The notes under the pieces were generated by a model that did not search any database, was not told the DNA's origin, and saw only the letters and a program-made list of their open reading frames with translations. Made by a program: the position numbers and the translations under genes. DNA of 36,148 bases from a virus (Duplodnaviria > Caudoviricetes), in IMG/VR virus record IMGVR_UViG_3300037439_000053, positions 1 to 36,148 of that record; one strand, given 5' to 3'. Positions 1 to 8,423 of this stretch are shown piece by piece; position 1 is the first letter of the stretch; each line of letters opens with the position of its first letter.

Positions 1-2
1 TG

Positions 3-11
3 TCTTTCTTC
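3..11. repeat. Terminal inverted repeat, left copy (TCTTTCTTC)
   Basis: Exact reverse complement of GAAGAAAGA at 36138-36146; each copy lies 2 nt from its window end. Confidence 0.7.
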
Positions 12-55
12 GGTTTGTCCGATTAAAGAATCGGCCCTGGGTTTTTCTGATTTTC

Positions 56-337
56 TCACAGTGTCCATCGTCGCGGTTCGACTAGTCGACGTCGTGTTGA
101 GGTTGCTCGGTTCTCGGCTCGGTGTTCTGGGCCTCGCCAGATGGTGACGTCGTCGTCGTCGTGGCCGCCGTCCCACTCGGTGTTGGGTGGGATGGTCTGG
201 CCGCACCGCCAGCAGTGGTAGTCGCCGGTTGCTACTGCTGTTGCCCAGAGTGCGCAGGCTGCTTGCCAGTGGCTGCAGTATCGGTTCTTGCAGTGGCATG
301 GGCGGCGCATGGGTAGGCCGAGGTCTGATGGTTTCAT
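56..337 (-). CDS. HNH-type endonuclease, packaging-associated
   Basis: CWRC...WDGGH...GPEH..ENR motif typical of actinophage terminal HNH proteins; ATG at 337 with AGGAGG RBS; last gene before the genome end. Confidence 0.75.
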   Translation of the reverse strand: MKPSDLGLPMRRPCHCKNRYCSHWQAACALWATAVATGDYHCWRCGQTIPPNTEWDGGHDDDDVTIWRGPEHRAENRATSTRRRLVEPRRWTL

Positions 338-360
338 GGCCTGCCTCCTGGGGGTGTGCT

Positions 361-390
361 GCAGGGCCCGTCCCCCAGAACGGGCCCTGC
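361..390 (-). terminator. GC-rich hairpin after the NlpC/P60 gene (terminator-like)
   Basis: Perfect 11-bp stem GCAGGGCCCGT/ACGGGCCCTGC; no U-tract. Confidence 0.5.
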
Positions 391-408
391 CGTGGGTAAT
401 GCTACCCC

Positions 409-1173
409 TTATGGCTGGATGAAGGTCGCGTTCTTCTGCCACATGGATACTCGGCGTACTCGGGTGCCTGGTCCGACAGCTTCGATGACGACTCCGTTGC
501 CGGCGTATAGCGACACGTGTCCCGGTGTCCACACGATCGCTCCTCGTCGCGCCTCTGATCTCGGTACTACTCGGCCGGCGTTGCGGAGTGAGCCCGAGTA
601 GTGGGGTAGTCGTTTTCCGGTTGCGATGCGGTAGGCGTAGACGACGAGTCCTGAGCAGTCGTAGCTGCCTGGTCCTGCGGCTCCCCATTTGTAGGGTTTG
701 CCGAGCTGTTGTCGGGCTATGTTCATGACACGGTCGCCGGCGTTCTTGCTCGACGGTGCGCGGTGTTTCTTCTTCTTGACGGTGTCGCGTACGTCGAACT
801 TGACGACTTGGGATGGTCTGTTGTCGCTGCGTGGCCATGTGCGTACGGCGACTTCGACCCACCGGTTGTTGCGGAGTTTCGACCTTGGGATGTGGAAGGT
901 GATGCTGCCGTGGTCGAGTTTCCGGAAGCGTTGGTGTTTCCCGTCGAGCTTGAGTTGTGCTTTGCCTGGGATGCCTGCGCAGTTGCGGCAGGGGGTCATC
1001 TTGACTGTGATCGAGAAGTAGCTGCCTCGACCTTTCTTGAACGTGTCCCAGTTGGTGCGGGTGATGCTGGTGTGGTTGGTGTTGGTCGGGGTGGCGGCTG
1101 CTGTTGGTGCGGACGCGAGGCCCGGGATGCTGAGGGTGAGTGCGAGCGTGATGCTCGCGAGTGCCTTGCGCAT
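409..1173 (-). CDS. Secreted NlpC/P60 (C40) cell-wall peptidase
   Basis: Signal-peptide-like N-terminus MRKALASITLALTLSIPGLASA; C-terminal LGKPYKWGAAGPGSYDCSGL...GHVSLYAG catalytic Cys/His motif; GGAGG upstream of ATG 1173. Confidence 0.88.
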   Translation of the reverse strand: MRKALASITLALTLSIPGLASAPTAAATPTNTNHTSITRTNWDTFKKGRGSYFSITVKMTPCRNCAGIPGKAQLKLDGKHQRFRKLDHGSITFHIPRSKLRNNRWVEVAVRTWPRSDNRPSQVVKFDVRDTVKKKKHRAPSSKNAGDRVMNIARQQLGKPYKWGAAGPGSYDCSGLVVYAYRIATGKRLPHYSGSLRNAGRVVPRSEARRGAIVWTPGHVSLYAGNGVVIEAVGPGTRVRRVSMWQKNATFIQP

Positions 1174-1196
1174 GTTGGGAGGCTCCTCCCGGTGGA

Positions 1197-1340
1197 CTAC
1201 GGTGCAGGCCGGTCTGTCTGGATGGGCTTCACCCCATCCATCGCGATCGCGTGTCGCGCGTCGAGGATGGGCATGCACTGATCGCAGGGCTGCTCACCCC
1301 ATCGGCACGCGCAGCGCTCCGGGGCCCAGTCGCTGGTCAT
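1197..1340 (-). CDS. Hypothetical small Cys-containing protein
   Basis: ATGA-coupled to upstream gene; CAC...CDQC. Confidence 0.5.
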   Translation of the reverse strand: MTSDWAPERCACRWGEQPCDQCMPILDARHAIAMDGVKPIQTDRPAP

Positions 1341-1417
1341 GGGATGAATTGGACCAGGACGTACAGCGCGGCCATGGCGAGGATGAACGGGATGAGGCTG
1401 CGTGCTGCGGTTCTCAT
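1337..1417 (-). CDS. Small membrane peptide (26 aa)
   Basis: MRTAARSLIPFILAMAALYVLVQFIP; ATGA overlaps at both ends; GGAG RBS. Confidence 0.5.
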   Translation of the reverse strand: MRTAARSLIPFILAMAALYVLVQFIP

Positions 1418-1599
1418 GGTTGCGCTCCTGGTTCGAGATCGACGATGTAGGTCGCTTTCGGGGTTGAGTCTCCACGGTAGAGCACGTGGGCGAGTCCGGC
1501 CTTGAGGGCGTGGAGTGAGACGACTTGCCCGTCTTCGGCTTGGGAGCTGTCGGCCTGGTAGGTGACCCATTGCCCGACGCTGATCTGACTGCGCTTCAC
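1414..1599 (-). CDS. Hypothetical protein, SH3-like pattern
   Basis: VGQWVTY...GQVVS...AHVLY beta-rich pattern; translationally coupled. Confidence 0.6.
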   Translation of the reverse strand: MKRSQISVGQWVTYQADSSQAEDGQVVSLHALKAGLAHVLYRGDSTPKATYIVDLEPGAQP

Positions 1600-1823
1600 G
1601 GCTTACCGGCTCTCTTCGCGATGTGGACGAGGTGTGCTCGTGCTACCACTAGCACGATGCCTTCGTCCGGCCCTTGCCCGACGAGGCGATAGGTTCGCGT
1701 CTTGCCGGTCTGGAACCATGTGGTGAGGTTCTCCCATGCCTGCTTGGTAATGACGGGGGACAACACCTGATCCACCAGATTGACCGTAGAGATTTCGACG
1801 GTGACCAGTTCCGATGTGGTCAT
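1596..1823 (-). CDS. Hypothetical protein
   Basis: ATG 1823 overlaps the stop of the upstream gene. Confidence 0.6.
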   Translation of the reverse strand: MTTSELVTVEISTVNLVDQVLSPVITKQAWENLTTWFQTGKTRTYRLVGQGPDEGIVLVVARAHLVHIAKRAGKP

Positions 1824-1972
1824 GCGGGGTGCTCCGTTCGGATGTGCTGGAGGAGTGCTAGGGGTGTCCCGAGGTCGCGTCTGCAGGCTTCGCAGTAGGT
1901 GCGGTTCGGGCGTTTGATGATGCGGCGACGGGCGGCGTCCTTGAGCTCGTCTTCGGGCTTCTTCTTCGGCAT
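1820..1972 (-). CDS. Small C2H2 zinc-finger protein
   Basis: CEAC-x12-H-x4-H (CEACRRDLGTPLALLQHIRTEH). Confidence 0.65.
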   Translation of the reverse strand: MPKKKPEDELKDAARRRIIKRPNRTYCEACRRDLGTPLALLQHIRTEHPA

Positions 1973-2045
1973 CAGGCTTCCCGTCTCCAGTTGGCCACTG
2001 CGGACGCTCCACGTGTAGTGCGCAACGTGGGAGCGGGTGAACTCG

Positions 2046-3314
2046 TCACAACATCCCCGTAGGCGACCATGCATAGTTGTCCAGCCGGGCGTAGTGGCCC
2101 TCACGCTTCAGCTTGAACTTGCCCTGGCTCCCCTGACGGTTCTTCGCCACGGCAACCTCAAGCGTGGTCGGATCCTCGTCGTCCATGTGCAGCAACAGGA
2201 TCACGTCCGCGTCCTGCTCCAGCGAACCCGACTCGCGCAGGTCCGCCATCGTCGGGTGCGGGTCCGAACGCTGGGCACTCTGCCGGTTCAACTGCGACAG
2301 TGCGACCACGGGCACATCCATCTCCTTCGCGAGGATCTTCAACGCCCGCGAGATCTCCCCCACGACCTCGTGACGCAACCGCCGATCGTTACGCTGCACA
2401 CCTCCGCCCATGAGCTGAAGATAGTCCACAACCACTCCGGCCATCGGCCCACGACGAGCCATGGACCGAGCGTGCGAACGAATGTCCGTCACCGTGACCG
2501 TGGCGCGGTCGTCCACCGAGATCGGTAGACGCTCCAGATGCTCCGCTGGTTCGGCGAGCCGCTCATAGTCTGAGGCGTCGAGGCACCGGTTCGTGAAGCG
2601 CCTGTACTGCACGCTCGACTCCGCGGCGAGCATGCGCTCGTACACCTCGTGTCGGGACATCTCCAGGTTGTTGTACGCGACGCCACCGTGTTCCGCGAGG
2701 GCCCGCACGAGCCCGTTCGCCATGAGTGATTTGCCGACGCCAGGGCGGGCACCGACGATATACAGCCCGCCCGGACGGAGCCCTGAGATGAGGTGGTTCA
2801 GATCGTGCCAGGCGGTGGGGATAGCGATGTCCGGTTCGTCGAGACGCGCGATGGTCGCCCCGAGTTCGTCGCCGATGAGGTGCAGCCCGGCGATCGAGGT
2901 GGAGCACCCGTCGACTTCGCTGCGTGCGTACTCGATGGCTTCCGCTGAGGTGTCCGTCTCGTCGGCGAGCTGGATGATGCGCTGTCCGACACTGCGGAGG
3001 CGCCGTCGTGTCGCAGCCTCGGACACCAGGAACGCGTAATGCTCTGCGCCGCCCGCAGGGGCACCGCCGTACAGCGCGGCGAGGTCTTCGGGCTCGAGGT
3101 TGCGTGTCTGCATGCGCGGCAGGTGCGCGGCGAGTGTCGCTGGGTCGGTGGGTGTCCCGGCGTGGTGGAGCTTCCGCATGAGGTCCCAGAGCTCGCCGAG
3201 GCCCGGGTTCAGGAAGTCGTCGCCGATGAGGCGGAGGTCATCGATCGTCGTTGCGGTGCGGAGTGCTAGCCCGATCACGTATGACTCATAGTCGGCGATG
3301 GCGAGGTCGGTCAT
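2046..3314 (-). CDS. dnaB: DnaB-like replicative helicase
   Basis: GARPGVGKS Walker A, VVVDYLQL, LSQLNR, DLRESGSLEQDAD and AKNRQG motifs. Confidence 0.96.
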   Translation of the reverse strand: MTDLAIADYESYVIGLALRTATTIDDLRLIGDDFLNPGLGELWDLMRKLHHAGTPTDPATLAAHLPRMQTRNLEPEDLAALYGGAPAGGAEHYAFLVSEAATRRRLRSVGQRIIQLADETDTSAEAIEYARSEVDGCSTSIAGLHLIGDELGATIARLDEPDIAIPTAWHDLNHLISGLRPGGLYIVGARPGVGKSLMANGLVRALAEHGGVAYNNLEMSRHEVYERMLAAESSVQYRRFTNRCLDASDYERLAEPAEHLERLPISVDDRATVTVTDIRSHARSMARRGPMAGVVVDYLQLMGGGVQRNDRRLRHEVVGEISRALKILAKEMDVPVVALSQLNRQSAQRSDPHPTMADLRESGSLEQDADVILLLHMDDEDPTTLEVAVAKNRQGSQGKFKLKREGHYARLDNYAWSPTGML

Positions 3315-4084
3315 GAGCGCTCACCTTGCCCGGTGATGTCGTTGTCCCACACGGACGAGCCTGGACGACGCTCGCCCTTGCTGCGCTTGGCACCCGCCCG
3401 GAGCCATGAACTGAACCCGGCCGACCAGTCGACCAGGGTCCTCCCGTTCGCCCGTGCATGGTCCTTGAACGCGGCGAGCTCCTCCCCGATGTCGAGGCCC
3501 TTCTCCATGGCGTATGCCTTGTGTCGTGTCGAGGCTACGAAGCTCCTCGGCAGCACGGTCTCCGGGCTCACGGTCTCCAGCGGTGATCGGTCATTTTCGT
3601 AGTGCGCGTCGCGAGGTTCTTCGCGCGTTGGTGAGACTAGGGGAGCCTCTTCTCTCCTCTTCTCTCCTCTTCTCTCCTCTGGATTCCCAATCGGAGGCAA
3701 TCCGGACTCCGGTTCGGATCCGATTGGGATCCGAGACGAATTCCAACGTACCTCATTAGCCTTGCGAGCAGCGTTTGACCTGGCTTCTATATCTGCCCGC
3801 GTCTCCTGGTGCTTCGCATAGTCATGCACCTCGACCTTGCCCTCCCCGAGGTCATGCCAGAGGCCCATGTCGATGAGCAGCTTCGCGTCCGACTCGATGG
3901 CACCGACCTTCCGGAGGAGCTGCTTCTTGGACACGATGCCGTCTGTCCTGTGCTGCCGCGCGTGTGCCATCGAGGCGACGTGGAGTACGACGGCGAGTGG
4001 GCTCTCGTCGAGCACCTCGGCCACCTTCGGGTTGTCGAAGTACCCGACGTCGAGCCGGATGAACTCTCTACGGTCTGCGACCAT
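3311..4084 (-). CDS. Phage replication initiator / replisome organizer
   Basis: N-terminal FIRLD..YFDNPKV...TDG...GLW...VHDYAKHQ domain, repetitive linker, C-terminal F.DH.......DW...F..WLR; directly upstream of DnaB; ATG 4084. Confidence 0.75.
   Translation of the reverse strand: MVADRREFIRLDVGYFDNPKVAEVLDESPLAVVLHVASMAHARQHRTDGIVSKKQLLRKVGAIESDAKLLIDMGLWHDLGEGKVEVHDYAKHQETRADIEARSNAARKANEVRWNSSRIPIGSEPESGLPPIGNPEERRGEKRREEAPLVSPTREEPRDAHYENDRSPLETVSPETVLPRSFVASTRHKAYAMEKGLDIGEELAAFKDHARANGRTLVDWSAGFSSWLRAGAKRSKGERRPGSSVWDNDITGQGERS
3646..3732. repeat. Tandem and inverted repeats inside the initiator gene (candidate origin)
   Basis: (CCTCTTCTCT)x3.5 at 3646-3680; TCCCAATCGGA 3685-3695 inverted with TCCGATTGGGA 3719-3729. 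Confidence 0.55.
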
Positions 4085-4233
4085 CAGGCCACCTCTCCAT
4101 CGGTCACAGGTGCGGGCGTGTACCAGCTCCAGTAGCACGCACCGCACCTGTAGTGGGCGCGGTCTTGCAACACGCTCATTGGTTGGATGCTCGGCTCTTT
4201 GCAATTCGGGCAGTCGCACGGTAGCCACCTCAT
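4084..4233 (-). CDS. Small zinc-ribbon protein (49 aa, not in ORF track)
   Basis: MRWLPCDCPNCKEPS...YRCGACYWSW; ATGA and TGATG coupling at the two ends. Confidence 0.65.
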   Translation of the reverse strand: MRWLPCDCPNCKEPSIQPMSVLQDRAHYRCGACYWSWYTPAPVTDGEVA

Positions 4234-4520
4234 GACATCTCCCCACGGTTCAGCATCCACTCGGATTCGTAGTCAGACACTGATGGGCGCCCGTGCTTCT
4301 CGAAGTGCTCCCGGAGTTCGGGCGAGGCGTACAGCTCGACACGCCGCCATGGGCCCATCAGGAGGCTGTACGCGCTCACGCCTTCCCGGCGCCCGCGCTC
4401 GTTCAGCATGGCGCCCCCTGCCCCCTTTTCCGCGGCCTGGTGAGCCGCTTCGAGGATGAGGTCGAACTCGGCACGCATCTCTCGGTAGTCGAGTGCGGCG
4501 CGTCTGAAGATGGCGCTCAT
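4230..4520 (-). CDS. Hypothetical phage protein
   Basis: ATG 4520 coupled to upstream stop; MLN.RG...YASPEL motif familiar from actinophage proteins. Confidence 0.65.
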   Translation of the reverse strand: MSAIFRRAALDYREMRAEFDLILEAAHQAAEKGAGGAMLNERGRREGVSAYSLLMGPWRRVELYASPELREHFEKHGRPSVSDYESEWMLNRGEMS

Positions 4521-4819
4521 GGTCTCGGCCTCCCGCACTGCTTGCACAACGGGGTGTTCCCGTAGACGAGCTCGACCCGGTAGGTGTGTTCATGCGCACT
4601 GACGGTCACCTGGGCGTGTTCTGGGCACCAGGAGGGGTAGCCCGTGGTGTGATACGTGCCGATCAGGCGCACGTCCCACCCGAGGCCGCGCATCATCTCC
4701 GCGCCCGTGTGTGGCCCTACACCGTCCGCAAGGTAGTAGGAGGCGACACAGTCCGGCTCGTCGCATGCTGCGGTGGTCGTAGGGCGCCCTGTGACCCTGT
4801 GCTTGCCGTTCTCGATCAT
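4517..4819 (-). CDS. Hypothetical Cys/His-rich protein
   Basis: CDEPDC...GW...WCPEH...CKQC metal-binding pattern; coupled to both neighbours. Confidence 0.6.
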   Translation of the reverse strand: MIENGKHRVTGRPTTTAACDEPDCVASYYLADGVGPHTGAEMMRGLGWDVRLIGTYHTTGYPSWCPEHAQVTVSAHEHTYRVELVYGNTPLCKQCGRPRP

Positions 4820-5031
4820 CGTAGTCGCCTCGCATTGGCCAGTGGTCCCAGAGCGGCCCTGCCGCTAGCCCGACCGCGTCCACCGACTCGAACACAGCCT
4901 GCGCATCCCCAACGAAACCTCTCCCGCCCCGCGTCGGTCCGCATGTCCCACGGCCTCACGTCGAGCCCGGCGTAGGTCCGGTCGTGCAGTGCCCGTGCGC
5001 CCGCTTCGATCGGCGTCTCGGTGTCGGTCAT
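4816..5031 (-). pseudogene. Possibly frameshifted member of the 'TPA(I/V)ERAA'-like family
   Basis: Reading becomes low-complexity after ERFRW; removing one G from the run at 4907-4910 gives RWDAQAVFESVDAVGLA, which resembles the 13749-14712 paralogs. Confidence 0.4.
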
Positions 5032-5252
5032 CGCTGCACCCCGCCGATGTCGAGCGTGCCCTTGGCGGCCTCGAAGCCCGCCTGGAAGTCCACGGAGTTC
5101 CGCTCGCTGACGTCGCCGTCCTTGCGGGCGACAGTCCAGCCGAGGCAGAACGCCTCATGCGCCTTGGCGCCGCTGGCGCCGTACTCGGACCGGTAGTCGG
5201 TCCAGGCGCTGTACATGTTCAGTTCATCCTCGGTGTACTCGGTGTCGGTCAT
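5028..5252 (-). CDS. Hypothetical protein
   Basis: ATG 5252 overlaps RusA stop; AF..GW..A and F.AGF.AA repeats. Confidence 0.6.
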   Translation of the reverse strand: MTDTEYTEDELNMYSAWTDYRSEYGASGAKAHEAFCLGWTVARKDGDVSERNSVDFQAGFEAAKGTLDIGGVQR

Positions 5253-5620
5253 GCTGTCTCCTCGATGTCGAATGTGAGTCGGTACATGCCGCGTACCCCG
5301 GTCTTCGGCCCGCGCTGGAAGCCGATGAAGACCACGTGCTCGCTGTCGTCGTCCGCCCACAGCCCGGCGTCCGTGAAGCCGTCGAGCGCGTGCTTACTGA
5401 CCGTGCCGGCGATGTTCGCGGGATCGAATCGTCGCGCTGTCGGCAGGCACGCCGTGACCGTGATCCGGCACCGCTCGACGGGTATCTCAGCGGCGTACTT
5501 CGCGGCGATCGCGGCAAGAGCACGGACAGCCGCGGCCTTCTTCGCACGGGAGTGGTAGTGCATGTTGGGTAGTTCGTTGCTGGTCCACCACAGATCGCGC
5601 GGGAGGTCGAGGACGATCAT
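5249..5620 (-). CDS. rusA: RusA-like Holliday junction resolvase
   Basis: RRFDPAN...K...DG..DAGLWADDD catalytic acidic motif. Confidence 0.82.
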   Translation of the reverse strand: MIVLDLPRDLWWTSNELPNMHYHSRAKKAAAVRALAAIAAKYAAEIPVERCRITVTACLPTARRFDPANIAGTVSKHALDGFTDAGLWADDDSEHVVFIGFQRGPKTGVRGMYRLTFDIEETA

Positions 5621-6147
5621 GCTGTGCCCCTGGCCCGCTCCTTGTGAAGGTGCTCACGCTCGGGTTCGCTGAGGCCACCGAACACACCGAAGCGTTCCCG
5701 GTTGATCATGGCGACTTCGAGGCACCGTTCACGGATCGGGCACCGCGCGCAGACCTTCTTCGCGTCCGTCGTCGTGCCACCCTGCTCGGGGAAGAACACC
5801 TCGGGGTCGACCTGCGCGCACAAGGCCTCGGCACGTTCCTCGGTGGTCAGCATGGCCTTGACGATGATGCGTGGCTGTGGGGCAGACTTCATGTCTCGCT
5901 CCTTCGGCTGGACCTTCCCGGCCTTGATGGCGTGCTTGAGGCATCCTGTGCAGTAACCGTGGGAGCCGTGGAACTTGCCACCCGGGTGGCGGTCTTCGGG
6001 CCGTGTCGAACGGCGGTGCAGTGGTGCCTTGCACCGCTTGCATGAACCGAGCGGTGCCTTGCGTCGGGCGTAGTCGCAGGTGTGGCAGAGGCGGTACCCG
6101 TTGCACACGCGCCCGCACTGGTCGCAGCGTCGCTTCACGTGGGCCAC
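5617..6147 (-). CDS. whiB: WhiB-family transcription factor with extra N-terminal Cys-rich region
   Basis: ALCAQVDPEVFFPEQGG...AKKVCARCPIRERCL...FGVFGGLS; GTG start near 6147; N-terminal CDQC, CHTC, CKRC and CTGC pairs. Confidence 0.88.
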   Translation of the reverse strand: MAHVKRRCDQCGRVCNGYRLCHTCDYARRKAPLGSCKRCKAPLHRRSTRPEDRHPGGKFHGSHGYCTGCLKHAIKAGKVQPKERDMKSAPQPRIIVKAMLTTEERAEALCAQVDPEVFFPEQGGTTTDAKKVCARCPIRERCLEVAMINRERFGVFGGLSEPEREHLHKERARGTA

Positions 6148-6148
6148 G

Positions 6149-6778
6149 TCAGTCCTCGTCGGGTGCGGGCGCGCCGGCGATGGCGTCGCGTCGTTCGGTG
6201 AGGGACACGATGAGTGCCTGTGCCTCGGTCTCGCTGAGGCTGGTGCGGGACTCGACCGACCGGCCGAGTACCCGTTCCATCCCGGTGCGCTGCTGCTCGG
6301 CGTCGTTGATGCCGAGCTCACCGAACAGCGCGAACAGGTGCTTGCGGGTCTGGTCGGTGAGCAGTTCGTTGTCCGTGACGGCGTCGTCGGGCAGTGGGAG
6401 CACAACGTATGGGTCTCGACGTCCGCGCTTCGTGGTGAGCGCGAGTGATCGTCGTTCCTTGATGTGGCTGACGTGGGAAATTCTGATGCCCCCGACTGCC
6501 TGCCCGCCGAACACGACGTCTTCGTCACGGAACAGGGTGAGCCGGTGCCCGATGTAGTTGTCGGTCTCCTTGCCCCAGACGGCGACCATGACGCGCATCA
6601 TGGAGAGGTTCGGCTTGTACGGGCGGCCTTGGGGGAACTCGGCGAGGGTCACAGCGACGGGCTGTTGTTCGGATCCGGTCTCGCGGATGGAGGCGATGGT
6701 GAACGTCCGCGGCCCGGTGAGGAGGTCGTCGGCGTTCATCTGATCAGACTTCGGCATGATGCTGTCGGTGAGGTCCAT
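6149..6778 (-). CDS. Putative ssDNA-annealing/recombination protein (SDQxNADDL family)
   Basis: MDLTDSIMPKSDQMNADDLLTGPRTFTI...GGIRISH; close to the YqaJ exonuclease gene; C-terminal helical S...LSE.EA..LI domain as seen on phage SSAPs. Confidence 0.6.
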   Translation of the reverse strand: MDLTDSIMPKSDQMNADDLLTGPRTFTIASIRETGSEQQPVAVTLAEFPQGRPYKPNLSMMRVMVAVWGKETDNYIGHRLTLFRDEDVVFGGQAVGGIRISHVSHIKERRSLALTTKRGRRDPYVVLPLPDDAVTDNELLTDQTRKHLFALFGELGINDAEQQRTGMERVLGRSVESRTSLSETEAQALIVSLTERRDAIAGAPAPDED

Positions 6779-6779
6779 C

Positions 6780-6998
6780 TCAGGCCTCCTTAGGATCTGG
6801 GGGTGCGTCGGGCTGGCCAGTGGCGCACAGGGCGCACAGGCGAGTTCTGGAACCGAACGGCACGATGTCACTCTGTAGTGCCGTGATGACGAGGTAGCGG
6901 TCACCGGGGTTAATGCGGCCCGCGTGAGCCCACTGGTAGGCCTCTGCGCACGTCCATGCCTTGCTGGCGGTGCGCCAACGGTAGACGTAGCCGTACAT
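6780..6998 (-). CDS. Hypothetical protein, possibly Zn-binding
   Basis: TA.K...C......I.PGD.Y...CALC pattern; TGATG coupling. Confidence 0.55.
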   Translation of the reverse strand: MYGYVYRWRTASKAWTCAEAYQWAHAGRINPGDRYLVITALQSDIVPFGSRTRLCALCATGQPDAPPDPKEA

Positions 6999-7702
6999 CA
7001 GAACACCATCCCTGCGGTGGAGGAGCCGTACTCGATCCTCTCGGTCATAGGCAGTCCCTCGACCTTCGCGCGGTAGGTGGTGACCATCTCGACGGCGGCC
7101 TCCTCGAATGCCTCGACCGCCTGAATTATCGCGGTCCCCCACTCGGGGATCGGCTCGACGCGCTTCGTCCACAACGGCATGCCACCGCAGAACGAAACGA
7201 AGTCGCACCAGTCACGCCCGGACACGAGGAGGCCGCCCTGGATCTGCGCCATGAACTCGCCGGGCACCTCGTCCGTGAGGATGGTGCGGAGGTGATGCTT
7301 CTGCATCCGCGACTTCACTTCGAGTGAGCCCTCAGTGCCTACGAGTCCGTCAGGGGAGTAGCCGATCTGGATAGCGGGGAACCCGTCCTCGGCGTCGAAT
7401 TCGCGGACCATGAACCCGAGCGCCGTTATCTCGCGGTCGAAGTGTTTGGCGTACGCCTCGATGGCGCGCGGCTCGTTCTCCATGCCCCGGAGCATGTCGT
7501 TGCTGATGCACTCCGGCTCAGTGAAGCCCGTGATCCTCTGCGCCACCAAATCAGCGATGAGGGATCGTGAGGACACGTTCGCGGCGATTTTCAGAGTCGG
7601 GGTCACCAGCTCCTTCACTACGCTAGCGGTTACCATCCCCCTTCTCTGGTCGTACCACTCGTCTGAACCTTGCTCGACGCCGGGGAAAGTGGTGAGGGTC
7701 AT
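6998..7702 (-). CDS. YqaJ/lambda-exonuclease family protein
   Basis: QGSDEWYDQRRGMVTAS, M.RG.E.EP.A, YSPDGLVG...LEVK, QIQGGL...WCDFVSF. Confidence 0.92.
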   Translation of the reverse strand: MTLTTFPGVEQGSDEWYDQRRGMVTASVVKELVTPTLKIAANVSSRSLIADLVAQRITGFTEPECISNDMLRGMENEPRAIEAYAKHFDREITALGFMVREFDAEDGFPAIQIGYSPDGLVGTEGSLEVKSRMQKHHLRTILTDEVPGEFMAQIQGGLLVSGRDWCDFVSFCGGMPLWTKRVEPIPEWGTAIIQAVEAFEEAAVEMVTTYRAKVEGLPMTERIEYGSSTAGMVF

Positions 7703-7726
7703 CGGGACTCACCCCGCAGGAGGGCG
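7697..7726. repeat. 30-bp exact direct repeat (copy at 14707-14736; 17-bp core at 9063-9079)
   Basis: GGTCATCGGGACTCACCCCGCAGGAGGGCG at both sites; spans stop/start junctions. Confidence 0.9.
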
Positions 7727-8268
7727 TCGATCGCCTCGGCCTGGTGCGCATCCTGTCCGCGCATGCCGTCGTCGCTCTCGGGGTACGTGGCCACGTGGGA
7801 CTCGTGCTCGTGCCGCGCGATGGTGAGGGCCTCTCGCACCTCGTCCCGCGTCGGCAGCGGGCGGGCCTCGTCCGGCACGAAGTCGGAGACGTAGCGCCCC
7901 GGGACGGTTACGCCTTCGTCCGACGTGAAGGCGAAGGTGTCGGTGTCAGAGATGTGCGGCCCAGCGAGGTGCCAGAAGCCGTGCACATTGCCCGTGCTCA
8001 GGGCTGTCGCCGTGCCGCTCGTCCCCGGCCCCCACTCGGGCTTGGGCGCGGGCTGGTGGTCGGTGAGGGTGGCAGCCTTGCGCCACGTCCCGTTGCTCGC
8101 GATGCACGTCGGCCCGACCATCAGCGCCCCGCCCGACGTGGCCCGCACGGTGCCACTTACCTCGTAGGTGCCGAGTTCGTAGTCGGTGAGACTCACCGTC
8201 ACCGTGTCGCCCGCCTTGACCTTCGACGGGTCGAGCGGGGCGGGGGTGTCAGTGTTGTTGTTGCTCAT
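7699..8268 (-). CDS. Modular hypothetical protein, paralog A of 14709-15224
   Basis: Shares TPAPLDPSKVKAGDTVT, HQPAPKPE, SDFVPDE.RPLPTR and ALLRGESR with paralog B. Confidence 0.8.
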   Translation of the reverse strand: MSNNNTDTPAPLDPSKVKAGDTVTVSLTDYELGTYEVSGTVRATSGGALMVGPTCIASNGTWRKAATLTDHQPAPKPEWGPGTSGTATALSTGNVHGFWHLAGPHISDTDTFAFTSDEGVTVPGRYVSDFVPDEARPLPTRDEVREALTIARHEHESHVATYPESDDGMRGQDAHQAEAIDALLRGESR

Positions 8269-8423
8269 CGTGTTGTCTCCCAGTCTGTGAGTGCGCGCAT
8301 CAGGGTCGTATACCCGCGCTGCTTCGGGCTGAGAGTGGCCAACAGGTCAGCAGCAGCGGCTGCGAGACGTTGCGCGGCTTCGTCACGGTCGAGCTGCACC
8401 AGGGCAGGAACGGTGTCAGTCAC
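8265..8423 (-). CDS. Hypothetical protein
   Basis: GTG 8423 with GGAGG RBS; coupled at both ends. Confidence 0.55.
   Translation of the reverse strand: MTDTVPALVQLDRDEAAQRLAAAAADLLATLSPKQRGYTTLMRALTDWETTR

Noticed and set aside
7697-8244. CRISPR-like repeat-spacer array
   Set aside because: The boxes differ from each other within a gene, are protein-coding, and no cas genes are present
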